DNA of 64,000 bases. Origin: Azolla caroliniana (Eukaryota > Plantae > Polypodiophyta). Under the pieces are notes generated by a model that saw only the letters and a program-made list of their open reading frames with translations, was not told where the DNA came from and ran no database searches. Made by a program: the position numbers and the translations under genes. This document shows positions 11,814 through 23,013 of this stretch, in pieces; within the stretch, counting starts at the first letter, position 1; every line of letters begins with the position of its first letter. The stretch is from contig JBHGNT010000007.1 in assembly GCA_043228905.1 (NCBI GenBank), positions 1,426,001 through 1,490,000 of the forward strand, given 5' to 3'.

Positions 11814-14026
11814 ATGGAATCATCATCTCAAACTGATGCTGCAATGAACTCATCTTCATTTGATGTTAGTCGTGGGTCAACAAGTAGCTCAAGAAAAAGG
11901 CTACGCACATCATGGACAGATGCTCACATCATATTTTATATGGATAATGGCACACCTCGACGACGATGCCATCATTGCCATGTTTGTTGGTCTTCTACAA
12001 CATCCACAGGCACTATAGCCAAACATTTAGCAGAAAAGCATCGTTTATCAAGCGACCCAGACCAAAATTCAGGTATATCACATCACATTCAATCTTCAAT
12101 TGAGTCAGCTAGAGTATCTCATGTTTTAGAGAAGAAAATTGATGCTGCCATCGTGAAGTATATTGTGAAGGGAACATTGCCCCATGCACATGTGGAATCA
12201 CCTGAATTTAAGGAATTCATGCAACAAATTGTACCTGGATATCAAGTAAAGTCAAGACGTACAATTAAGCGTTCTATCCTAGAAATGTATGTGGTGTTGC
12301 GTCGTCAGGTGATAGATTTGCTATCAAAATGCCAATCAAGATTTTCCATAACATTTGATGGTTGGTCAAATAGTAGTTTGAAGGGCTTCTACTCAGTGAC
12401 ACTTCATTGGGTATGTCATGAGACAGCAAGGTCAAGGTCAATGTTATTGGATTTTGTGCATGTATTTCCAGGTGTTGGATCAGGGAAGCGTTGTGCACAT
12501 GCCCTTTTTGCTCGACTTCGATCCTTTGATATTTCTAGTCGACTCTTAGCTACAATTTTTGATGGAGCGAGTGATGCACAAGTAGCTGCAAAAGAGTTGA
12601 GCATGTTGTTACAAGATGAGCATGGTAAGGAAATTTTGGCTCCATCACATATGTTAAGATGTATGGTTCACACTTTTCAGTTGGGTATCAAGGCAGCATT
12701 AGAGGTTATCTCACCCTCAACAGAAAAGTTGAGAACAGTGCTCCATACTATTAGATCTAGCAAGGTTCGAAGGGAAGTGTTTAGGAAGTATGCTAGGATG
12801 GTTGAGCATCATGAAAGGGAACCCCCAAGGCTCGATGTTGTTACAAGATGGAATTCTACCTTGGAAATGTTTAGGCAATCTATCAAAGATAAAGATGTAT
12901 TGAACTTTACAATTTCAGATTTAACAATATCAAGTGATTTCAATGGTAATGTCTTGACCAGAGAAGATTGGAGTCACATACATGCCATGGCGGAATGGCT
13001 AGATACACCGGCCGAGGTTTCTACTTTTTTGGGAGGCTCAAAATATCCTACATTATCACTAGCATCGCTAGCATATAATTGTTTACTAAATCATTGCAAT
13101 CAATTTTTAGATTCTTCGCTTCCAGGATCATCTAGATTTACACAAGAGGTGCTTCAAAGAGCATCTGAGAACTGCTTGCAATATTTAATTAAGTATCAAG
13201 AATCGTTAAAGTCTATTCCATCTCGCATAGCAATGTTTCTTGATCCCAGGTAATGCTTACCTTTATATCGTACAATTATCATCATGATTTCTGATTTTTT
13301 ATTTGAGTTTAAAACCGTTTTATTTGTTTGATAGATTGCCTCTTCCAAATAATCATACAGAAAGAGAGTTAGATATTAAGTTGGTTGAAAGCATGATTGA
13401 GTCCCACTATCACTCGTTCTCGAGTGATGTTGAACCACGTTCGGCTTCAACCACAATACATGAAAATGATAAGAACTCTAAAATTTGGACGTTAATGGGT
13501 GTAAATAATAAAAGTCTTATTTCCGATTCACAGTCAGAAATTCAGCACTTTATGAGACTTCCTTCGGCTAGCACGGATAAGGATCCTTTACAATGGTGGA
13601 ATGAAAATAAATCGGCAATGCCTTCACTATATAGGATGGCATGTGATTACCTCAGTATACCAGCATCATCAGTACCTGCTGAAGAGGCTAATTCGGCAGC
13701 AAAAATGACCTTTGATAATAGGATAAAACTACATTCATGCACTTTCAAAGCTGAAATGTGCGTTCGATCATGGATGAATGTTTTAAAAGAATGTAATGTT
13801 CAAATGTTAGATAATTTTCACATCAGTTATGCGGAACTAACAATGAATTTGGATGATCTTGTTGCTGAAGACGAGGTAATAGATTACATATCGCATGATA
13901 GTCAAAGGAAGATTAAGGTATGCATACTTGTTACTTGGTTGTTTTTTGTTTGAGTCTTTACTTAAAGTTTTATTAATAATTACTTACTTGTTTTTATGTA
14001 TTTTATATGTACAGGAATCATGTTGA
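11814..14026 (+). CDS. hAT transposase (BED finger, DDE, C-terminal dimerisation domain), spliced, ~676 aa
   Basis: Exons 11814-13249, 13335-13917, 14015-14026 (GT-AG, frame preserved). BED finger (RCHHC...KHLAEKH), D1 in SITFDGWS, D2 in TIFDGAS, CxxH (RCMVH), TRWNST, FLDPR, PLQWW...ASSVPAE. Probable non-coding first exon ending at 10500 (CAG|GTATGA), acceptor at 11802. The third exon is the least certain part. Confidence 0.92.
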
Positions 14027-14244
14027 TTTTTGACATGTTAACGACAATAGTGGTTGCAATTGGAGATCTTCAAAGTCATTGTAATTTTTATTACATGTTG
14101 TTTACTATTTTGTTTTTAGTCGATTCTTTAAATTTGTTATTATGAATTACTTAATTCTTTTGTATATTTTATGCTTTCAGAAATCCCTTATTCAAATATT
14201 GGAAACAAAAAGCTGGATTAAGTCCTATGGTCCATGGATTTGGA

Positions 14245-14402
14245 AAATTGGAACTCTATTATATGGATTGTTGTTCTTAATTGGAAAATTGGAACTCTAC
14301 TGAATGGAAATTTGGAACTCTATTGTATGGAATTTCGGAACTCTATTGTATGGAATTTTGGAACTCTATTGTATGGAATTTTGGAACTCTATTGTATGGA
14401 TT
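14245..14402. repeat. ~22-bp tandem repeat in the hAT 3' region
   Basis: TTGGAACTCTATTGTATGGAAT(T), about six copies. It produces the spurious repetitive ORFs at 14234 and 14281. Confidence 0.9.
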
Positions 14403-17400
14403 TTTGTTATCATTCCAAAAAACATTTATCTTTTTATGTAATATCTTATCATGTTTCACAAATTAACAATTTTCAGAAAATGTGTTGTGAATTTCTGTTA
14501 TTTTATAGTGTTATAGTCTTTGATTTGGTACAATTTATTGTTTCGTGTTGGTTGGATTATGTCAAAACCAATTTGGTTTGGTTTGGTTTTGATGTTTGAT
14601 ACACTGGTTTGGTTTTGATTTTTGGTAAACCGGTTCGGTTTGGTTCTACATTTTACATAAACGGTTTGGTTTTAAATGGTTTGGTTTCTCATACCTATTA
14701 AACGGTTTGGTTTAAATGGTTTGGCTTAAATAGTTTGGTTTAAATGGCTTCAAATTTTTTAAATGGTTTGGTTTGGTTTTTTTTATGAATAACCGGTTTG
14801 GTTTGGTTTGGTTTGGTTTCAAGGTCAAGAAACCGAACCGAACCGAAACCGAACCGCGCCCATTGCTACTGGCGGCCTCATTCTGGCATAATTTGCCCTT
14901 CTTTAATTTTACCATAACTCCCAAAATGCCCCTGAAGAACTTGCAGCCTCATTTTGGCATAATTCCCAGAATGCCCTTCTTTAAGTTTTACCATAATTCC
15001 CGAAATGCCCCTGTCTTTGCACTCCACAACTTGCTCACCACATTCCTCCTCTAAGCTTATCGGCGGAACAATCAATCTAATGAAATAAGGAACGGACAAT
15101 CAGTTTGAGATTACCGAATAGATAACACAGCTTTGTATCATTTGTGATTTGAATCGGCAAACGTTAGTTGAAACGTCGAGCTCAGCTTACTTAGGTAGTA
15201 GTAAAGACCTATTCGACTGTATCTTGTCACTGAGAGAATTTTGCGAGTTCTCCCAATTTCTCGTTTTGACTACATGTCTATGAGTGATTGATCATCTTGA
15301 ACCTTCTCCACGGTGAACACTCAAACCTTTGGAAATCTAGTTAATTTGCCTACACATTTGAAAGTTGAACATGGTTCTCCAAATGTGTGTTGATTTTGTG
15401 GAACAATGATATTGTGAAATACCCAAGGACGATCTTAAGTATATGCATGATGGGTGTATTGGCGATATTCTTCATGTTAAGGTTGACATTTACATTGAGA
15501 TTACAAGTAATTATCAATGCAAGGTTAGTTAATTATCAATGCATTGATGGACGTGATATGATGATTACATGGTATAGCGTGCTAACTAACAAAAAGAAAA
15601 CATGATATGATTATTTACCTTGGATTTATGCCTTAACATTTGTAGATTACAATCACATGCGGTATTTAAAAAGATGGTTGCTTTACTTTTTGACCCAGAT
15701 ATATTGTGATACTTCGGAATTCGTAAGGGTATATTTATAATGAATTCACAAACTTTAGGTTGCATAATGCAAGCTTTACATTGCACTATTGTTTTTAGAT
15801 TCAAGAAACTCAATAAGGTAAAGTTCTAAAATATGTATAAGGAATATGTTGTCAAGTGGTGATGTCAAATGCCTCGTATATAATGCTTAAAGCCAATGCC
15901 TTCAATTTGTCCTTTTCTACGCATTGTCTTGCGATCTCGCTTCTTGCATATGTTTGTTTGGAAACGTTGACAACCACTTTCTAGCTACATTATCTCTCTT
16001 GTTAGACATTGCTTATCATATTGTATCATTAAACTAACATGTGATTATCTAAAAGCATCGTTACCACTCAAAACAATTGTGCATTTGTTTTAAAACATAG
16101 TTAATAGTGCCTCCCGCACCTCACCATTTGTATGTCATGACATAGGGGTTTCTACCTTTCGACACAATTCCTTCCTCAACATGTTGTCCCTTATTTACCT
16201 TCTTATATTTTCAACATCATTGTCCTCGTATGGTTTGGAAAACAAAGTTCTCTAATATGTGTGATTTGAAATCTACATATATTCCCTAAAGATTTTCCAA
16301 TATAGTAGACTTTTCGCTTATGAGAGTGTGAGAGAGACAGTCGAGAGAGCATCTTCATCGATCATTAGTTATCAAAACTTCAAAGTTGAAATTGGGAAAT
16401 GTATCACGTGAATCAATGTGGGATCCAAGTATATATCAATTTAACTATGCTCAACCACGATGCAAAAGAATAACCTTATCGGATAAAGGAGTCAACAATG
16501 TAACAAGCTCCAGACATATTACGTTATTGGGTATATATATTAGTTTCAAAGACAAAAGTAATGTAAATAAATAAAGTTAGTGTTTTTGCTATAGTGTTGT
16601 GTGTGTGTGTGTGTGTGTGTGTGTTCTATTGGTCGAGGTTTCCAATTTTTCGTTTGTTTCCATGGCTCTTAATCGTATGTCTCTTAGAAAACAACATAAA
16701 GAATAATATTTTGATCACAATTTTCCATGCTTTTTCAGCACAACTAAATTGGTATTAGAGATCATGGATAGCATTAACCCCTTTTTCCAATGCCACATAT
16801 GAAGTTTCGATGTGCCTACAAATTGTTGCTCACGGTTGGTTACCCACCGAAATCACTTGACTTTTAAACCATAAAAATATGATGGTTTTAGCAGTAAACA
16901 CGAGCTTTATAACATAATTGTCATGGGCATGATTCTCTAGCAATGGGTCTGATCTTGAATTCCTTCACGAAAGGCAATGTTAATAATGCCATATAAGTGA
17001 CAATAAAGATCACATCATTGGTGTCATTGCCATGTGTAAAGTATTTTATCTTTTGTCCTCAAGAAACTTCTAAGAAAAATGGGCGATTGTGCATGTTAAT
17101 TGGATTACATAGTACATGTTGCTCTTACAATTAACCTCTTCTTCGTGGGGAAACTAAATTAAAAACATCATTTGAAAATGGCACCAATGTTCCCACATAT
17201 TTTTGGGTCGACACCTAATCGACAAGAGATTTTATGAATATTTTCATTTAGTCAATAAAGTGCAAATGCGAGATAAAGCAAGCATAGTGATGCATTAATA
17301 AATAAACATGACGTTTATCCAAAGTAAACCGTCATTCATTGTGAATTTGTCGATTGAATAAAATATGAGCAATTTAAAGAAAACTATCATATGCAATATG

Positions 17401-18619
17401 CTTGATTAGATCGTATTGGTTTAAAACAAAGGAAAGGAAGGCAATGGGTGCACATCCATCGTTGTAAAGTTAGGAACAGCTACGCGATCTTTACTTCAAA
17501 TAATTATGTATGAGAAGTAGTTGCCTGCCACAGCAGGCAGAAGACGACAATAAGAGTGACTTGTACTGCTCATTTTTATACGATACTTTTGTTTCGTGCA
17601 AGTGCAAATTGTGTATATTATGACAACATTTCTTGTCTCTCAAGCACACCTTTTTCGAGTACGAAAAAATGCATTTATAGATGCACACTCCATGCATGTG
17701 AACCTTTTGCGCAATACAAATAATGAAATTGTAGATGGATGCCCAATAACACAAGGAAATCGATCCATGCATATTTGTAGAGTCAAACATTAACAAACAC
17801 ATAATAGCTTTGGGGGAAAGATAAAATAAAAATGTGCACATGCTTTCCTCTCTCTAACATGGTTTACTTTATGCACATGTAACTTCTTCTCTAATGTTTA
17901 GTTGTGCTTTTTTAGCATATGCACATGTAACCTCTTCATAGAGAAACACCAAGAATGATGTTGCGAAACATGGTGGGTTTTTTCATTGCTAACATATCAC
18001 ATGTTTGTGTTGAGATGCAACAACCTCTTATACACACACAATGACTTCTCCAAAACATGTTTGAGGAGATAAAAGATTGTGTGATAAGAGGCATAAAAAC
18101 ATCGAGGAGGAGCATGAAGTGGGGGGCAACGTCCTTCTCGAGCCACACATGTTCAGTGACGAGCACCCAACATCATCACATGTACGCCTTTCACATTGTA
18201 CAGATGGGGATTTTGAACTCGGTTAGGTCATATAAATGGAAGAAATGTGTCTGAGCATGTTTTCACATCGTGGAGCTTGGGAGGGTGCGGGGGGGGGATC
18301 AATCCAAGGGTGACAATTCCATTTTTACAGATTTCACATGTATGTGTCAATGATTTAATTCTCACATCAATCTCTACCAGAAGCCATTGGCGCGTGTGTT
18401 ATGCGTATTTGTAATGTCACTCACTCACAATTGTTGGGCATACATTCATGTAACTCGCCCATAGTTTCGAGACATCCAAAATCCCGAATTTGTATACACC
18501 CCTTGACTGGATACATGCATAGAATCAGAAACACATGACCATCACCACCGGACATTGGGAGGCCTATGAAAGCTCATGACAAACGATCCCATCATGATCG
18601 AGAGCAATATCGTTATGGT

Positions 18620-19190
18620 CATGTACATACATACATACGTACATAGATACATCCATCCATCCATACATGCATGCATGCATACATACATACATCATCCATC
18701 CATTCATCCATCCATCCATACATCCATATATACTTACATACACACACACACACATACATACATACATACATTCATACACACATACATTGATACATACATA
18801 CATACATTCAACATGAGACGATCATCATCATCATCATAGTCACGCCCATGTACACACATAGACACACAGACACACATGCATGCATACATTCGGCATGAGA
18901 CCATCGTTGTCATCATCATCATCATTGTCATCCTCATGTGTGAGTTGTCATCATCATCATCATTGTCATCCTCATGTGTGAAACATTCATCATGATGACA
19001 TAATAAGCTTAATCCTCATGTGTCTAAAGTCATCATCATGTGCAATATGTATGTATGTAGCAAGTAATATGTACATATGTATAATAAGCATGTATTATTG
19101 CATGCATGCATGTATGTATGTACATATACGTATTTGTACGTATACGTATTTGTACTGTATGTGCATACAGTATTTATTTATCCATCCATA
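18620..19190. repeat. Compound microsatellite cluster (TACA, CATC, CA, CAT, TATG) upstream of UBC
   Basis: Directly visible. Includes a duplicated GTTGTCATCATCATCATCATTGTCATCCTCATGTGTGA at 18906-18981. Confidence 0.9.
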
Positions 19191-19251
19191 CGCAGAGAGA
19201 GACAGGCGTATATATACATATCGTAGAAGCGTCGATCTGTTTCTCCGTCTC

Positions 19252-19299
19252 GCCATCGCCATCGCCATCGCCATCGCCATCGCCATCGCCATCGCCATC
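19252..19299 (+). repeat. (GCCATC)8 immediately 5' of the UBC start codon
   Basis: Eight perfect units followed directly by ATG at 19300. Confidence 0.97.
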
Positions 19300-22200
19300 A
19301 TGTCTTCTCCCAGCAAACGCAGAGAGATGGACGTGATGAAACTGTAAGCCCTCCGATCATCTTCTCTCTCTCTCTCTCTCCATCGTTTCTTTTTGTTATG
19401 GTCCTTCTTCTTTGCAGCATTCTTCACTGCCGAAGAAGAAGAAGAAGAAGAAGAGAGATTCTGTCCAACATGATCGACGTCCCGTTTGGCTCTAGATCTT
19501 CTTTCTCTCTATCCTTTTCCCCCCCTTCTCCATCCCTCGATAATTCTCTCCACAGGTTCCGTTTTGCTCTACAATGCTTTCTTTGATCAATGGCCGTTCC
19601 TGCTTCTTATCCAGAATTTCCTCCCTCCGTCTCGCGTGCACAGGCATGGTTTTGATCTCTAATGCTTTCCTTGATCAATGCCGATTTCTGTTTCTGATCC
19701 AGAAACTTCCACCCCCTAGTCTCTCCAACATGCTTGGTTTTGTTCTTGAACGATTGTTTTTGATCAATGGCGAATTATGTTTCTTTTCTCCTTCCCTCCT
19801 TCTCCGGTACAGTGTATTTTTTATCTATACTTAGTTCTTTGGTCAATGGCGATTTCTTCTTCTTCTTCTTCTTCTCCTTCTCCTTCTCTTTCTTTTATTC
19901 CTCCCTTTGTCTTTTTCCTTTGCACATATTCATTTTGGTCTACAATGAGCTCCCTTGTTCTTTGTCTTCTCTCTATCTCTCTCACTCTCACTCTCTCTCT
20001 CACACTCACACTCACACAGGTTCTGTTTGTTGTTAACCTGTGATGATTATGTTGACATTTGCGATGCTTTATATGTCATTTTCTTTTGATTCTCTCCCTC
20101 TTTCTCAAGAGTTCAATTTGGACGATCATCTATGATAATTTCTGTTCGCTCCTCTTTTCACATTCACTCACTTTCTCACATACATGCAGACATGTTCTCT
20201 CTCTCTCTCTCTCATAGGATCGGTTTTTAGTGGTCATCTATTATGAATTCTTTTAACTATGATGATTTATGTACGTCTTTCTACTTCTCTTTCTCCCTCT
20301 CCAGTCGCCCTCTCTCTCTCTCTCTCTCTAATACACACACAGAGAGTCAGAAGTTTGGTTACAATGGCAAATTTATGTGTTAATGCATTTTTTTTCTCTG
20401 TGCTATTTTCTATGTATTCCCTGCAGAATGATGAGCGACTACAATGTGGAGATGGTCAATGATGATATGACCGAGTTTAATGTTGAGTTCCATGGACCTC
20501 GTGACAGTAAGCAGTTCTCTTTCATTCATTCTTTGTTTATCTCTCAAACTCCTTTACCTTTACGCTTATTTTCACTTGTATGTTTATTGCGCAAGTTCCC
20601 TTTCTTTGGTTATTTGGTTGCATTCTCCTAGAAGTGCTAAGAAATCTTACAGCTACACATGTACAAATGGAACACATTTATAGCATCTGGTACATTTATA
20701 GAATTTCCCTTGCCTCGTATTTCACTTTCTTTTGAAGTTTCTTCACCCTTTCTCTTCAGACCTTTGCATTGTGAATTTCATTACATTCTCGCAGTGACTT
20801 ATTGAGAAACATTCCTATGCATATATGAATTGGTCACATTTGCAGTATCTGAGATGTGAACCTCCTAAAAGTAAACAGTTTCTTTCCTTTCCTTTGTTTA
20901 TTATGGGGCTCCTGTTGCATTTACCACCATGACATTTAAGAATCTTCCGCTTGCTCGTTTTTGTTACTTCTTGATGTCAAAGGATCATGTATCTTGGACG
21001 GTTTGAAATTTCCTTTGTTTATATTTAGACTTACTGACATGTTCTTTTGGATTTGTTAAGAGTGGCTAACCATGGGACATTCCTTTACAAATTGCATCAA
21101 TTGACCTCATTTGTATGCATTCATTTGCATAATCTTGTATGATGATGTATGTGTTCCTTTATAATCGTGTGCTTTCCATCTGCGTTTGTCTTGGGCAGTT
21201 TGGACACTCCTTTATTTATATGTAGAATTTACTGACATGTTCTTTAGGATTTGTTCATGGTGGCTAACCAGAAAACATTCCTATACAAATTGCATCGATT
21301 GACGGCATTGATATGTGCTCATTTGCAGCAGACAATCTTGCATGTTGATGTGTGTGTTCATTTGTAATTGTGTGCATTCCATCTGCATTTGCTTAATGAA
21401 CAGATTGTGTCCAAGGGTCTTGTAACATCTACACTTTTTTACCTTTAGATTTTCATTCTTATCTCTTCAGATCATCCAAATCTGCCACTACTTCGTAGAA
21501 GATGCCAGTACCGTGTAAAACCAGTTTTATGATGGATAAGACAAGATTTGCTAAAATTCACTGAAGGAAAGAATATAAACCAGAGTGACAGTAATGTAAG
21601 AATACTGTAGAGAAAGAATATCGAGATAAGATGACAGGGTTCCAAAATAGATTTACGTCCCGCATTGTGTACTGGGATATGGGGGCCTTCTCATTTCAGC
21701 GTGAGTATAATGTGAAGGTTTATATGAGTGAGGGACTAATTTGAAGCATATTATGGAAATATCTGGGTTACCCCACTCATTCATGCATACAGGATTCTCT
21801 AAAGAGAAATTCAAGCACGTTGTTTGGACTTGGATACTGAAAGGATAACAGTGCTCTCTTGCAACCTTGGCAAGTTAATTCAGGCAGTGACATACACATT
21901 TAATCGGACTAGGATTCTATATCAATACCAAGCCTTCGATAATTTTGAGCAGATAAATTGGTTTCTCACCCATCACTGGACATTTGGATGAAGGGGAAAT
22001 ATTGTTCAAGGAGGGTTATTTTGTTATGGCAGGCATAGTGCATGTTTGTGCTTTCTTGTGACCCAGTTAATAAGTCCACAAACACGAGATTCTACACCAG
22101 TTTGAAGAGTTATTAATGTGAGCAGAAAATATCTGTTTGGATGGCCTATAAAAGATGGGATGTATGATAGCCATCCTAATTCATGGCATATGATCATTCT

Positions 22201-22943
22201 GGTTTGGGATGAGAGTCACGTTCTCATGAAGTGGAAGTAGATTGATAGTCCAAGAGATTCTGAATCAGCTTTTGTGGCTTTGCTGCCACACACATGATGT
22301 GAGGATTGACGTGTTGGACTATGACAGCAGAATAATTTGCAAAACATTTTGTGAAAGATTCCAAAGCAGGTTTTTTGATGGCATAACGCGATTTTAAGGA
22401 TCTAAGCCAAGTAGGGTTTTCTTATATGCTACAATACAATAGTGTTGTTACCTTATTACTGTGAACAAGGGTGGAACAATCATTAGTTTACTATCCTCAT
22501 CCTAGGCAGGGTGTTTTAACAAGGCTGATCTTATTTCCAGGACTGATTTTATACAGACGAGGCCAGCTGTGAATAAATTGTGAGGTCGTGGGTTGAGGTA
22601 TACTACTACAATCATAAGTAGAGCATTCCTCTTGGTTGTGCCATAGCAGTTGTACTTTGACAACTCTTTCTCACATGCTTTTCTTCATGATGAAATGGTT
22701 CATGAGGTGCATTTTGTCTGGCTTAGTGGTCAACAGGGACCGCATCTCAGTTGTGAGGGTTGATTCTCAGTGGTGCCCTATACCACAAACATGGTCTACA
22801 TGTCAAAAGAATGAATGAGATAGAGAGAGATTTTTATGTCAAAGATGAGGTTTACATAATTTTTATGTCGAAGAATGAGATATGAGGAACTAATGAGGGT
22901 AGATTCTCATTGGGACCCTATATTACAAACATGGTGTGCATGT

Positions 22944-23013
<70 letters not shown>

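Larger units (their letters stand above)
9966..14868 (+). mobile_element. Complete hAT-superfamily DNA transposon, 4903 bp, probably autonomous
   Basis: Left TIR TAGCAATGGGCACGGTT at 9966. Right end AACCGCGCCCATTGCTA ends at 14868 (16/17 match). Identical 8-bp TSD CTGGCGGC at 9958-9965 and 14869-14876. Dense subterminal AACCG/AAACC/CGGTT motifs at both ends. Internal transposase gene. Confidence 0.97.
9848..15013. repeat. ~78-bp minisatellite (about 3.3 units) split by the hAT insertion
   Basis: Units starting TTTACCATAA(T/C)TCC-AAAAT-CCCCTG recur at 9848, 9926, 14908 and 14987. The second unit is broken exactly at the TSD CTGGCGGC and resumes after 14868. Confidence 0.9.

Noticed and set aside
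11790-13953. Two separate transposase ORFs implying a broken gene
   Set aside because: An 85-nt GT-AG intron (13250-13334) joins them in frame at DPR/LP.
11814-14026. Horizontal transfer of the hAT from fungi or animals
   Set aside because: Cannot be judged without a phylogeny. Composition and introns look host-like.
15100-18300. Possible decayed coding or TE sequence (also 36000-37800, 38200-40700, 48000-50300, 55900-57400, 58300-59200)
   Set aside because: No recognisable motif, termini or splice-consistent frame by eye. It needs RepeatMasker or BLASTX and is left uncalled.
18564-19427. ORFs with MYVC/HTYI/MAMA/SPSP repeats
   Set aside because: Translations of microsatellites. The same holds for ORFs at 30317, 31082-31523, 42493-42891 and 54454-54883.
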